A stretch of 64,000 bases of DNA from Elephas maximus (GCF_024166365.1 NC_064828.1:30567814-30631813); one strand, 5' to 3'; positions 13,211 to 25,985 are shown, counted from the stretch's first letter. Translations and numbers: made by a program. Notes: generated by a model not told the origin, from the sequence alone.

Positions 13211-14652
13211 CTACTATGTTGGATCATATTTTCTGCTTCCAATTCCTCTCTCTTCCATCACTTTCAAAACTTGGGACCTGTCTTAGTCATCTAGTGCTGC
13301 TGTAACAAATACCAAAATACTGTCTAGTAGGCTACAAGTTCAAATTTAGGGCGTCAGCTCCAGGGGAAGGCTTTCTTTCTGTGTCAGCTCTGGAGGAAGG
13401 TCCTTCTTGTTAATCTTCCCCTGGACTAAGAGCTTCTCTATGTAGGAACCCTGGGTCCAAAGGACTTGCTATGCTCCAAGTGCTGCTCTCCTGGTGGTAT
13501 GAGGTCCCCAACTCTGCTTGCTTCCCTTTCCTTTTTATCTCTTGAGAGATAAAAGGTAGTGCAGGCCACACCCCAGGGAAATTCCCTTTATGTTGGATCA
13601 GGAATGTGACCTGGGTAAGGGTGTTACAATCCCACCCTAATCATCTTTAACATAAAATTGCAATCACAAAATGGAGGACAACCACACAATCCTGGAAATC
13701 ATGGCCCAGCCAAATCGATACACACATTTTCAAGGGGACATAATTCAATCCATGACAGGACCTCACACCGCAATAGTCTTGTTTTCACTCCTGATCCCTC
13801 AGTTCATCCCAAAGGGAAAGAAAAAAGCCAGACAGGCTTCTGACTTCTTCTACCCCATCCCCTCAACCTAGTATCCCTTTCCCACTGTGGCACCTCCATC
13901 CTTCACCTCTGCCCTTCTCATCTTCCCCACATACAGCACTTCATTCTCATCATGCTGGAGGGCCCTCAGGCATCTCAGGCCCGTTTTCTTTACCCAGGTC
14001 CACACAGGAACTTCTGCCTGAAAACAGGGGGTCTTGGGGAAGCCTGTGGGGACCAGGCTGGGGAAACACTAAGGAGACTAGGCAGTTACCTGAGAAAGAA
14101 TATTGTTAAGAGGGCTTAGGCATCCCAGGGACTGGAGAGTAGAAAGAAGCATGTGCTAGAAGAGGGAAGGGCTGAACAATTTACAGTCCTTCCTTCAACT
14201 CTTCTCAGACTCTTTCATGGATAGCCTTTTCACATTTTTCTCCTTGATCTATGGGTAAAAATTATTTTTCTGATTGTTTTTTCGTGGCCCCTATAACTCC
14301 CTTGGGTTACTGGAGCTTCTGGACTATCCACCCAGCCAGATACATTTTCCTCCAAGAATTGCATCAGGGTCCGTAAACCTGGGTATAGTTGCTCCTGGGT
14401 CCCCTCTTATCCAGATATTTAGCTGCCTCCCATTCCCTTCCACCTGTTCTCCAGGAGTTCTGGAACCACCTTTTCCTCAGTGGAGATCATATATATAAAA
14501 GCAATTCATGAGCCCTAAATTCTTACCAAGTGAGAATAAAAAAATATATATCACGAGTGAAGCCTCTCTTCCTCTACCCCCCTAGTCTCTGCCCTCTTTT
14601 CAGGATGTTCTTTATCCCTTCCTTTCTACCTCCACACACTACTGCTTCCCCT

Positions 14653-15205
14653 TCACCCAGCAGGTTTGGTTTGGTGCAGGGTGGGACCCAACGCTATGTG
14701 TTGCACAGTGGGCAGTGTCAGGATGCAGGCAGGCATCTCAGCTCGAGGCCTCGGCAGAGCTCCCAGGCAGAGCCATCTCCCCAGACCAGGACTGTAGGCG
14801 TGAATAAGGTGGGAGACAGCATAGGTACGGTGGCTGTAGCCCCCCAGAACCAGTAGCTCCCCCTGCAGCACAGCACCTGCAGCCCCCACATGGGGGGAGG
14901 GCAGAGGTACAAGGTGAGTCCAGCTATCAGTCCTTGGTTCATAGGCCTCGAGGCTCAGCAAGTCCCCGGTCTCACCCAGCCCACCTGCTACATACAACCG
15001 CCCACCCAGAGCAGCCATGACGTGGCCAGCCCGAGGTACCCCCATAGGGTTCAGAAATGTTCCTGAATTCTCAAGTTTGGGGTCATAGTGCAGCAACGAG
15101 GCCAGGAATCGACCAGTTTCGCCACAGCCACCGCTCACATACAATCGGCCCTCCAAAACAGCAGCTGCATGGGCAAAGCATGATGCTGGAAGCGCAGGTG
15201 CTGGC
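14653..15205 (-). CDS. KLHL33: KLHL33 last coding exon (kelch repeats; stop TGA = revcomp of 14653-14655)
   Basis: Minus-strand ORF with kelch motifs (..GRLYVSGG.., ..GRLYVAGGLGETG.., ..LLVLGGYSH..). Acceptor cttag|GCCAGC at 15205/15206. Frame continues from the upstream exon (..ELNVWR|PAPALPASCFAHAAAVLEGRLY). Confidence 0.85.
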
Positions 15206-15315
15206 CTAAGGGAGAACAGGATGCAGATCAGTCAGCTATCATTTTCAACTCTCCTTCCATTCTAACTTCCCTAGTCTTTCCCTAATGCTTCAGAAACATG
15301 CCCTTCCCTGCTCAC

Positions 15316-15483
15316 CTCCAGACATTGAGCTCGGGGTTATAGGTCTCCACAGAGTTGAGGGCAATGCCATTGTTTCGCCCACCCAGGGCATAAAGTTGGC
15401 CATCCAGAGCCACCAGAGGGAAAAGGCTACGTGCCTGGCACAAAGGCGCCTTCTCCTCCCAGTCTTCTTGACTGGGATCCCAT
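15316..15483 (-). CDS. KLHL33: KLHL33 internal coding exon (one kelch repeat: RWDPSQEDWEEKAPLCQARSLFPLVALDGQLYALGGRNNGIALNSVETYNPELNVW)
   Basis: Found by translating the minus strand between two larger ORFs. Acceptor tgttcag|ATGGGA and donor TGGAG|gtgagcagg. 168 nt with phase 1 in / phase 2 out, matching both neighbouring exons. Confidence 0.85.
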
Positions 15484-15609
15484 CTGAACACGGTGGGACA
15501 AGAGATTAGATGAGTGATTCCGGGAGCCTGCAGTTGGCTGGGTCAGCCATTTCCCTCACCTGCCCACCTCGGGGCCTGCCACATGCTACCCACTCTCAGG
15601 GGCGCCTAC

Positions 15610-16534
15610 CTGAGAGTTGAAGCCAGGGTGCTGGAGTGGCTGTAGAAGTCTTGTCCTCCGCACACATAGAGTTCACTTCCTGACATGCTCGTAGCCCCAT
15701 GACGGAAGCGCCCAGGGGCCGGCAGGGTGGGCAACTGCCCCCACTCCACAGTTCGCACTAGCCCCATGCCACAGCGGAAGGCCCGGGCCCACCACACTCC
15801 TCGGGAGGGCTGTCTTATGGCCATGTCTGGTTGGAGCCCATCCCCACCAATCACCACCAGTGCCCGGTCAGGCTCCCTCCGCCTTTCCTGACCTGGAACC
15901 TCAGCCTCCACCATCAGCTGGTACAGCAGGTCTAGGGGCAGGAACGGGGGTAGCCCAGCTGCCCGCACCCTCCGCAGCTCCCTGGTGGACATGCGGCCAA
16001 AGCGGACACATCGCAGCAGGGCCTTGGCCTCTGACTCCTGGGTCTCAGGGTTGGCAGCTAGCCAACACCGTGCAGCCACAAAAGCCTCGAACTCCTCCTG
16101 CACATGAAGTTCATCGCTATCTAGGAGCTCAGCCAGGCAGGCAGCTGGCAAAGAAGGGAAAGTGGGGCACAAAGTCACAGCAGGCAGGTGGGTGAGGAGG
16201 TAGTGACGGGCTTTGCTCCAGAGCCTCTCCAACCCAGGGGCTTCTGCCCTGGGGAACAGGGCCAGGCAACGGGCAGGGCTGAGGCCCTGTGCCAAGGCTC
16301 TCTGGCACAGAGCTAGGCAGGAAGAGCTCTGGTACTGTAGAGCAGCCTGGGCGGCTCTCAGCAGTCCTGGCCACCTTGCCTGTACAACCCCAGAGTAGGC
16401 AAAAGAGACGAGGAGCTGCAGGTCGTGGGCAGAGATGGTGCGCAGAGACACCTCTGTGCCCTGGGATTCCTTCATCCCACTCAGGAGCATGGCCCCAAAG
16501 AACTCACTGCCACAGGCAAGGGCTGCTCGGTGCA
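15610..16534 (-). CDS. KLHL33: KLHL33 large coding exon (C-terminal half of BTB, BACK domain, first kelch repeat)
   Basis: 925-nt open frame. Acceptor ctcccctcctgcag|TGCACCGAGCAGCC with a polypyrimidine tract. Donor CTCAG|gtaggcgcc. Encodes ..VHRAALACGSEFFGAMLLSGMKESQGTEV..LQLLVSFAYSG.. (BTB) and ..LYVCGGQDFYSHSS (kelch). Confidence 0.85.
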
Positions 16535-16740
16535 CTGCAGGAGGGGAGAAGAAGCAGAGGGGAACACAGTGTTACAAGGCTGCTAGAAACCATTCTGATT
16601 CCACAACCCTAATTGGGCAGCCAATCACCCAAGGCTACAGGCCAAAGTGTAGCATGCAACAGAAAAGCACAGTGTCCTTGTTAAAATGCTGATTTGGGGA
16701 CCCACCCCCAGAGATCCTGATTGAGTAGGTCCTCTTCAGA

Positions 16741-16905
16741 GGAAACCCTGGTGGCGTAGGTTAACAGCTACGGCTGCTAACCAAAAGGTTGGCAGTTCAA
16801 ATCCAGCAGGTGCTCCTTGGAAACTCTATGGGGCAGTTCTACTCTATCCTATAGGGTCGCTATGAGTCGGAATTGACTCGACGGCAATGGGTCTGGTCTG
16901 GTCTT
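16741..16905 (+). mobile_element. AfroSINE in KLHL33 intron
   Basis: GGAAACCCTGGTGGCGTAGGTTAACAGCTACGGCTGCTAACCAAAAGGTTGGCAGTTCAAATCC.... Confidence 0.85.
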
Positions 16906-17590
16906 GACCAATTGTGACATGTCTGTGTCTCTCAAAGGGCAGGTGATGTTGATATGGCTTTCCACGCACTTTTTAAGCAGTAAATAGTGGCCAGGTGCTT
17001 CCCAAGCAGTAAACATCAATGACAGTTTCCAAATGTATGTTGTCGGAGAAAATCTGCATTCATAGAAGCAGTTTAAGCCATCTCAGCTTCCATATCATCA
17101 ATCAACCTATAGTGCAGTGACAATTGTGAAAGCACTCACACCACTTGTACCTCATCTTACTCATCATTATCCGTGAGGATTTTTAAGGGACAGGTTCCTA
17201 CCAATTAGTTGGAATGTTTCTTAAGGAAATGAAAGCAGTGGAGTATGTTTATATTCCAAATGCTAGGGAGAATTCTATAGTTAACAGAATTTTAAATTCC
17301 ATCTAGTGCTGTCAGAAAGGATAACAAACACTTTAGGGATTCTTTTCCTTCTGGGAGTCCCAGAAGCACTCCAGGTCCTCCAATGAGTAGCAGCTAGGTG
17401 GCTTTGGGCACATCTTGAAGTCTAATTTCTTTATCAGTATAGTGTAAGTAGAACTGCACCATATGGTTTTCAAGGAGTGGCTGGATAGTGTAAGAGCTGA
17501 ACTATATAATCTCTAAACTAGTTCCTTGTAACTTTAAAGCTTTATGTGTCTATATTCTGGCTCCATTTTCCATGTGTCTTTAGTACAGCA

Positions 17591-17750
17591 GGAAACCCTG
17601 GTGGTGTAGTGCTTAAGAGCTATAGCTGCTAACCAACAGGTCAGCAGTTCAAATCCCCCGGGCGCTCCTTGGAAACTCTACGCGGCAGTTCTACTCTGTC
17701 CTATAGGGTCACTACAAGTCGGAATTGACTGGACGGCAGTGTGTTTTGGG
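17591..17750 (+). mobile_element. AfroSINE in KLHL33 intron
   Basis: GGAAACCCTGGTGGTGTAGTGCTTAAGAGCTATAGCTGCTAACCAACAGGTCAGCAGTTCAAATCC.... Confidence 0.85.
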
Positions 17751-17989
17751 TTAGTACAGCACTATAAGAGGTAATGCATGGTCTAGTGGAAGCAGACAGG
17801 GCTAGTGGATGTGGGCTTGTATCTGGGTCTCACTAGTTAACATCTCTGAGTTTAATGGGGCTTACCTGCACCTAGGGATAATAGTACCTATCGCACTGGC
17901 TTTCAGTGAGAATTAACGGCAGTGGCATGTGTAAAATTCCTGGCACACAGTACTTCCCTAAATGTTGGTAGAATCTGAATAACACTCAG

Positions 17990-18160
17990 CTTGCCCTGGT
18001 GGCACCGTGGTTAAGAGCTAGGCTGCTAACCAAAAGCTCCGAAGTACTAATCCACCAGCCGCTCCTTGGAAACCCTATGAGGCAGTTCTACTCTGTCCTA
18101 TAAGGTCACTATGCTATGAGTTGGGTTTGACTCCATAGCAAGGGGTTCGGTTTTTTGGGT
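17990..18160 (+). mobile_element. AfroSINE in KLHL33 intron
   Basis: CCTGGTGGCACCGTGGTTAAGAGCTAGGCTGCTAACCAAAAGCTCCGAAGTACTAATCC.... Confidence 0.8.
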
Positions 18161-18699
18161 TTAGCTGAATGACACTTAGCTTTCCTGGTGCCATGCCTGG
18201 GAGCCTTAAGATTCTGGCAAAAGAATACCACACCTGGCTCATTAGCTGCAGGACCCACAAGTCTGCTATGGCGTTGAGCACACATGGCTGAAAGGATACA
18301 CTATGAGTTTTTCCACTGTGTTTCACTGACTTTTCCTGTGTCCTGAATAGCGGATGCCAAGAAACGCCTCTGGTTAATCCCTATTTCAGTCAATCACTTT
18401 CTGCTTGTTGCGCTGCCTAGGATTGTACCCTTAGCTCCAATCAGCTGGCTGGGAAATCCTTGTTGCCAGAGGGGGGCGGTGGGGGGAAGGGTCAGTCTAA
18501 ATACGTCAGCGCGCCGAGGAAAACAACTCAACTGCGCATGCCCCACTCTCAGTTGGTCAGGAGAGGCACCAAAAGCCACCCCAGGGAGATTCTGACTGCA
18601 GCAAGGATCAAAACCACTACAGTGTGGATCAAACCACCTGCTGTTTGCACACACCATTCCGGTAGCATATGCACCTGCAGCAATGTAATGCCCCACAGG

Positions 18700-19950
18700 C
18701 CCTCACCCCTCAGCCGGCAGCCTCCCGCCTCCAGCTCCAGGTCACACCCGACGCCCTCTTGGTATAGGAGCTCTATACAGCGCAAGTTCTCCCTCAGCTC
18801 CTCTGCCTGGCTGGACTTCCTTTCATCTTCCCGGGTGCTTCCAGTCCCCTCGCGTCTCTGCTGGGCCACAGCCTTTACCCGGGGGGCTCCCAGGGCCTCG
18901 GCTGCGGCCACCACATCCCGCAGCGGGACCGGGCCCAGCACCCCATCATAAGCAAAGGTCAGCACTGCCTCCCAGCCCCTGGGGGCCACGTCGAGACTGA
19001 GGGGGGGCTGTGGACCTCCGCCGCCCTGCAGCCTGCCTCGGAAGAGGCTGCTGACTGCGGCCAAGATCACGCGGTGCACTCCGTACACTCGCCCCCCAAC
19101 CGACACCTCTTCGTCCAACAACAACCTCTGCTCCCGCAGCCGCTGAGCTTCGGCGAAGAACTGGCTCGGGTGCTCCTCGCTGCGCAGCCCCTCTGGCTGC
19201 TCAGCGTCTTCATCGTCCTCATCCTCTTCCTCTAGGGGCAAGGCTGGAGAGGGAAGCTTCCCCGGGGCTAGGGACCTGGGGCTGGCCTCTTCCAGAGGAA
19301 AGGGGGGCAAGCTGGGATCCTTGTCCGGGGAGGGAGGCCAGGAGGGGACTCTCGGGGTGGTCAAAGGGAGGCCAACGTCGTCCTCCTGAACCAGAAGGGA
19401 GGCGTGCCTCGGGTCCGAGGAACCATGCGCGGTGCCCGGGACGCTCATGGCCCTGACTGGGTGGATTCAGGCAGGTGAGCAAAGGCAAGAAAGGAGGAGG
19501 TCAGAGCTGGACCCAGAGAGGCCAGAGGAACCCTTGCCTCCAGCCCTGCGAAATGTCCGTCCCTCCAACTGCTAACCCCCCCTACCCATCCTCCCAAGGC
19601 GACATCCCGGGCTCCAGCAGCTGGGCGATCGGGGCACAGCTATGGGTTTCACGAGGTGCAGGGAAGCATGCAAGCAGCGTGTATAAAGATCCACTACTCG
19701 GAACCGTATCCACAGGTCTTGTCAGCATCCCACCAGTCACCTCCCGAGGGACAAATGTTCCCCGTCACCCTCTCACTTGTGCGCCCGCTCAGCTTGGGGC
19801 CGCGTGGCAGAGGGAATTCGCTCCGCATCTGGGTCCAGGGCCCCATCCTGCTAATTATAGCCAGCGCTGGCTGGCTAGGGCCTGGGATTCCGGTGCCGGA
19901 ACTGACACCCAATCCCTGGTTCCCGTCCCAGAATGACCTCGCCTTCCACC
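18700..19950. promoter_or_regulatory. CpG-rich region over KLHL33 exon A and its upstream flank (putative KLHL33 promoter)
   Basis: High GC and many CpGs (e.g. 18880-19450). Spurious antisense ORFs appear here, as is typical of CpG islands. Confidence 0.5.
18707..19448 (-). CDS. KLHL33: KLHL33 upstream coding exon (Pro/acidic-rich N-terminus plus N-terminal half of BTB; ATG = revcomp of 19446-19448)
   Basis: Open frame MSVPGTAHGSS..EEEDEDDEDAEQ..ELRENLRCIELLYQEGVGCDLELEAGGCRLR ending at donor CTGAGGG|gtgagg. The join to exon 15610-16534 gives a contiguous canonical BTB (..CDLELEAGGCRLR|VHRAALACGSEFFGAM..). Start-codon choice and whether further 5' exons exist cannot be verified. Confidence 0.55.
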
Positions 19951-20242
19951 TGTAGGTCACCACGGGGTGCTATGCAAGGCAAATTCAGAAGCCAAGGAGG
20001 ATGCAGGGATGAGTGGTGACCCAAGCCAGAAGTACTGATCATGGGAGGGTACTGGAGGGCAGAGGCTTACCTAAGCCATAGCAGGAATGGAACGTGCCCA
20101 GAGTGCCACTTGAAGGTGGAAGTAGAGGAGCACTGAGCAGTTTCTATTCACCATTGCAATTTCCATCGCCAGCTGTGAGAGATCAGTCAGTAAGTTAAAC
20201 TAATACAGTACTTTCTATTTGAGAGCCACTGTGGGTCAAGGG

Positions 20243-20395
20243 GAGCCCTGGTGGCCCAGTGGTTAAGAGCTTGGATGTTAACCAGAAGGTCAGCGTTTGA
20301 ATCTACCAGCTTGGAAACCCTATAGGGCAGTTCTACTCGGTCCTACAGAGTCGCTATGTGTCTGAATCTACTCAACAGCAAGGGGGGGGTATGCC
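20243..20395 (+). mobile_element. AfroSINE
   Basis: GGGAGCCCTGGTGGCCCAGTGGTTAAGAGCTTGGATGTTAACCAGAAGGTCAGCGTTTGAATC.... Confidence 0.8.
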
Positions 20396-23300
20396 TCAAC
20401 ACAGACTGTGTGATCCTGCTGAGCGTAGAGCAAGAACAAATTGACAAAAATTACTTTGAGCACATCATAGACCAGTTTTCATCAGTGAAAGCAAGGAAGG
20501 TACAGTTGCATTTTTCATGTAGTGCCATAATGTGTTACGTAAAAGACTAAGGAGCTTGACTTGTATTTTTGAGCTGATAAGGTATCAAACCAAAAAACCA
20601 AACATGTTGCCTTCAAATTGATTCCCACTCACAGAGACCCAATATGGTACAGTTATCTAAACCACAGGTGTTAGATGTTTGGACAGGGGTGCAGAGGTGG
20701 AGAGTAAATGAGTTAGAGGAGTGCACTTGCCCCCCCCCCCCCACAAATCCAAGGGGGCCAGTCAAGGTGCAGAATGACATTCTGAGGCACCACAAATAGA
20801 AAAGCATCTGACTGAGGCAGCTGGACAGGTGGGGGATGGCTTTTCTGCCGAGACATGGCCTCTATCAACATCTATTCATTTTGAAATAGGGAGGGGGTGC
20901 AATTTAGAGACTGCCCTTGGGTGCTATTACCCTGGCTACGCCTCTGCTAGAGGGGGAAGGTTAAGAAAGGCTGGACCTTGGGATTGGCAGGGACGCAGGA
21001 CCAGAAGAGTGAAGCCTGTGTTTTGGGTCAGTCCTGGACTCTTCTATGGAAGATAAAGCTGGGACGCTGGAGTGAACAATACCGCTGTTAAGTGCAAACG
21101 TAGCCAGGTCGTGTCTGTAGAGGGCGGAGAGATAAAGGGCTAGGCTGAGGAGGTGCAGGGACAGGTATCTGGGTTACGAACCCCTAGGTGTCCCATCCCC
21201 AGCTCAGGGCTTCTGACGGGGAGATCCAACCCTGTGTCTTCGGAAGAGTCTTGGGGAGTCTAACCCTTACCTTGGCTCCCTAGTGGAATACAGGGTAGAT
21301 ACCTGCTGCTAACGGGAGTGGAATCTTGGATTAGATGGGCGGAGAGTGCACAAGTATTTGGACTGTTTGTGGAGGGGTGCCAATAGCTACATCCTCGGCT
21401 GGATCAATATGCCCTTCTGCATCCCAAGATGGAATCATCAGCTGAAGCCCCTAAAGCAGGGCAATCACTCTGTGCTGCAGTTCAGTGTGTCTTCTTAAGA
21501 CAGAGATTTGGGGAGCAGGAGGCAGAGATGCCCTTCCCCTCCCTTCTGTCAAGGAGGTAGGGCAGGCCATGGGCTGTAGGGGGTAAACTCCCTGGTTTAC
21601 AAAAACAATGGTCCAGGAGATCCAGGCATGACCGTTCCATACAATTCAGGTGAGAGGGGAGGGACTTGTGTAGGAGAGGGGTGGGAAAGTGGGTTGCCCG
21701 GCACAACACCCCTCTGGTTTCCAGAGATTCCTCTAGTGCCCCGTTGCCGCCTGGATACCCCAGCCCACCCGACATCCAGTTCCATGGGTGAGAGGTACCC
21801 TGGGCGTGCTCCTCAAAATGGTCAGATGGAGAAAGCAAGCCTGCGGCTGAGATGACCAGCCCAGGAAATGTTCATTTTTCACCAGAGGTTGTCCTGTCTG
21901 GCAAAAGGGGGGAACATGACCAGCCTCTGTACCCTCTTCCCCTGCCCAGACTGTTCAGACACCTGTCATGGTCTCCCTGCATCAAGCCAATGGAATCAGC
22001 ACCTTAAGCCCCCACCAGGTGGAGGAGGAACCCCATCAAGAAGCCCTGGCTGCCCCCCCCCCACCTACAAGGACAAGGAGAGTGGACCCCATCATGAATT
22101 CTGTGCCAACTCCGTGGTCCCAGACAGCTCTGCTGCAGTTGCCAGTCTCAGGATGCCCTTCACAGCTCCATCATGGTTAGAATCATGCCGGGCAGTAAGT
22201 CTCCAAAGGATGGATAAAACTTGCTGTCCTGGGTCACCCCCTACCACCCCCCCCGCCCCCGCCATTAAAGCCCTAGGACTGCCTTCCCTGCATCAGACCT
22301 CCAGGCCCATCAGCTACTAACTCATTGGCTGGGGAGTGGTCTCGGCATCTGCTTAGCCAGGGGATAGAGCAGCTTCACGGAGCTGCACTCCAGGGAAGAT
22401 GATCCAGAGAATTCAGGGGCAAGGCCAGGCAAGGCCCCAGCGCACTGGCTTTGGCTGGGTCACGGAAGTCATGATAACTGGAGCTCAGGGTTCCCAAAGG
22501 TTGGGGATGCAGGCAAGCAAGGCAGAACTTCAGAGGAGTAGATTCAGAAGGTGGCGAAGGGGGAAAACGGGTTCCCAGTGAAGACCATTGCTGCTCCTTT
22601 CCCACCCTGCTCCCCAGATGCACCCTGCTGCATGCTCAACACCTGGGCCGTCAACCTCTATTCGAGGATGCCTTGGATCACTGACCGCTCAGACCCTCAC
22701 AGGTGTGTGTTCAGGGCTCTCCTAGGCAGTAGGGAAGGGGTGGGGGATGGGCCTAAATGAATTAAAGGAGCCCCCACTCACATCCCCACTCCAGGTCTCA
22801 TGTGGCTTATTATCCTGCTCTCAGCCTCAATCACCACCATTGCTGGCCTACTTCGGCCATCCCCAGCTATGACAAAGTCAAAGCCGGTGAGCCTGTCTGG
22901 ATCTGATTATCTCCAGGGACTCCCAGTCCTGTCCGGAACTGCTGACCACACAGCAGCTCCTCTTTTCACTCCTCTCAGGCAGCATGTACTTCCTCATCTC
23001 ATACAGCTTGGGTCTGGAGTTCTTTGGTTCCCTAGGAATCATTTTTGCCTTCACCAATGCTGCCGTAGCTATGCATGCTGTGAGCTGTGGGGAGACCCTC
23101 TCAGACCTGCTCTGGGTAATACTCATCCCCTCCTCCTTCGAATCCCTTCTTTTCAAGTCTGCTTATTTTCTTGACAACCCTGCCCAACCCTCTGTCCTCT
23201 GTGACTTCAGCCCAGGAAGTCATTTAAAAATCTGATAAAGACACCAATCTGCAGATAAATACTGACTCTATGACCTCCTACTCCTGTGTCCGGCTCTCCT

Positions 23301-25357
23301 AGGAACACGAGGTGCAGCTGTTAAACGTGGATCTGGAAAATGAGTTGCAGGTGGTGGGTGTAGTTGATTGTGACCATCCTTCTGGGCCTGGCGCTGGCCA
23401 GCATGGAGTGGGAGTCTAAGGCAGACAGTGGGGAAGGGGATTGGGGGGATACAGGTGAGGATGAGGACACCGAAGAGATGGTAGTGAGATCTGCACAGAA
23501 CGGGGAGGGGGGCCAAACTGAAACTTGGGGTGACAAGGGATGGTGTGTGCATGCATGCATAAAAGCAGCTGCCACCTGAGAAAGCCAGGCTAAAAGTGGG
23601 GGAAGGAGCTAGTGAAGCAGATTCCCAGGGACCAAGAGCTGAGGGGACCCACCTAGAAGAGAGCTGAAATTAGAGGGCTTTGTCGGGAGAGACTACAATC
23701 TCAGCTATTCGGTGGGAAGGACTTACTCTGAGAACCTGTGGGATGAACACTAGAAGAGGTCATGGGGGAACACTTTTATTTTCCAGTTGCTGTCCAGTCA
23801 ACTCAGACTCATGGCAACCCACATACTAAAAGAAAGACGCCCTGCTTCTTGCTCCACAGTCTTGAGATTCACCCCTCTGGGATGGGAAGGAGTACTTTGC
23901 AGTTGGAGGCAAGAAGGAAAAGGATAACTGTTTGGCCAGAACTCTTTTGGGAAGACGCTAGTGGGAAAGGAAACCAGGAGACTGAGGAGAGTTAGGATGG
24001 AACAAGGAGAGTGAGGAGGTGGAATAGCAGTTACTCCTTCCCTTCCACTCACATTCTTCCTTTCTTTTGTCATCCATGGTATTCCAGGCCCAAATTATCT
24101 TCTTTCTAAGCCTTTCTTTTATCAACTACGTGCTGGGGGTACTCTTCCCCACAGATCCCAGCCGACAAGCCACTGGCTTGGGTAACAAAGTTAGACAGTA
24201 GAAAGCTGACTGAGAAATGTTATTAAAAGGATGAATGCCTTAGAATATCACCTTCCCTTGGAGCAAGGCACCTTGTTAACACAAACCTCTTCAGAAAAGA
24301 CCCCTTGACTTCTGATTCTGTATATTCATTTGCAAGTTGACCATAAAACCACTCACAGTCCTGTCAGTCTCTGGGCTGCCTAATTTACAAAACTCCCTTA
24401 TTCTTCCCAGTCTAACCCAAGCCACGTATACTAAACTGGGCAAACCTATTGCTAATTTTGCCTCAAGGCGACCTTCAACTGAGTAGAGGGGGGTAATGAT
24501 CCTCACTGGCTGAAAGGATGCCTTCTCAAAACCCTATTTCATATGTCTGTTCTTTCGTATAGGAAGTATCTTCTTGAAAAATACGGTTCTATGGTGGCAT
24601 GCTACAAAGGGCAATCTCTCTGGTATGTCTTCCATCTTCTTCCCTGTGGCCACTGGATCCTTGCTGAGGCCAGTATCTCTGGGGACCTCATGGTGAGAAG
24701 AAGGCATGGAGAATGAACATACTGTCTCCCCTCCCTCTCTCCACTTATGGCCTGACTTTTGCACCCAGTACCCTGTTATAGCTATCTCCAAGGGGTCTCT
24801 CCCTCCCCAAGGGGCGAGGGTATAGGTGACAAAAGGAGAAAGAGGCATTCATCAGTCACACGAAAAGTTACAAACAGGTAGCACTCCCCACCCCCCCACA
24901 ATTCTCCCCATCTCTCATATCTATTAATGAATAATACAGTATCCTTTGATTATCAAAGGACTCAGACAGAAGTCTGTAGTGGAGAAGACAGGCCCTTTTA
25001 CTCCTCAGCGATAAATGAGACCTGGCTTCAGGCTATTTTGAGGGAACTCCTGAGTATCTACTTCACAAAAAATTTAAATGACACAATGAATGTAAAGCAC
25101 TTAGCACAAGCCCTGATACTAACAATGTTATGACAATACTATTATTAAGGGATTGTTAGAATATCACCTACAATTTCTCTTCAGTCGTGTCTTTTGAGCA
25201 GCAGCCTCCAAGGCTACCTGCAGTCCACCAGGGCTGTACTCTGTCTGACCCCTGCCTTCTTACTCATTCACCCCGTCAACAAGAATTTACACAGTGCCAA
25301 CTCTGTATTGGTCCTGAACAACCCAAGCCAATTACCAACATACAAAACCAAAAATAC

Positions 25358-25363
25358 TTTATT
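25358..25363 (-). other. OSGEP: OSGEP poly(A) signal (AATAAA on the minus strand), about 135 nt after the stop
   Basis: Plus strand reads atacTTTATTgctg. Confidence 0.5.
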
Positions 25364-25495
25364 GCTGAGTCATCTTGGAGTTTGCATGAAGGGAGAGAGG
25401 AGTCCAGAGCCTTCCTAGGATCCCCACGTCAGAATAAAGATTAAGGCCCTTGAGCTCCACTTAGGGCACTATCTACCCTGATTCTGTTAATCTTG

Positions 25496-25535
25496 TTAGT
25501 CCCTCCAGGTCACTTCAACTTCATCTGTCCGATAC
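25496..25535 (-). CDS. OSGEP: OSGEP exon 11 (last; ..YRTDEVEVTWRD*; stop TAA = revcomp 25496-25498)
   Basis: Acceptor ttcttccacag|GTATCGG. Frame is continuous with exon 10 (..VTQ-R-YRTDEVEVTWRD), matching the human OSGEP C-terminus. Confidence 0.9.
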
Positions 25536-25686
25536 CTGTGGAAGAACAGGAAAACTTTGGTGAAGGGCTATCCCATTAGCACCTTCCATTCTTTTCTGCC
25601 CTCTTGATCCTAGGCCCTCTTCCCTGCTGATCCTTGCATTCTCCCTGATACAATCCTATCTCCCCCTTGAAGGGATGAATCCCTCA

Positions 25687-25818
<132 letters not shown>

Positions 25819-25883
25819 CTAATAGTATAAAGTCACAGTGATGGGAAAATAAAAAATTAAATCAAGCATGAGAAAGGGCCTTA

Positions 25884-25985
<102 letters not shown>

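Noticed and set aside
12000-14600. Possible 5' end or promoter of TEP1, the human neighbour upstream of KLHL33 on the minus strand
   Set aside because: In human, the TEP1 5' end is about 15 kb from the KLHL33 3' end. Here 1-14.6 kb is mostly L1/SINE/low-complexity. I could not recognise any TEP1 (TROVE/WD40) peptide in the ORFs, and no CpG island is evident. Cannot support a feature.
16129-16612. ORFs 15860..16195(+), 16129..16374(-), 16289..16612(+) inside or overlapping the KLHL33 exon at 15610-16534
   Set aside because: Alternative-frame or antisense overlaps of a GC-rich verified coding exon. The in-frame minus-strand translation with BTB/BACK/kelch motifs is the real one.
18460-18951. 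163-aa ORF (+) antisense to KLHL33 exon A, and 89-aa ORF 19219..19488 (-)
   Set aside because: GC-rich antisense or out-of-frame overlaps of the KLHL33 5' exon and CpG island. Low-complexity translation.
22800-23174. 124-aa ORF (+) and neighbouring ORFs in the KLHL33–OSGEP intergenic region (21.4-23.6 kb), which is Pro/Cys-rich with poly-C runs
   Set aside because: No homology recognised and no splice signals bounding them. The region is GC/poly-C rich, possibly a conserved non-coding or ancient repeat region. No coding call supportable.
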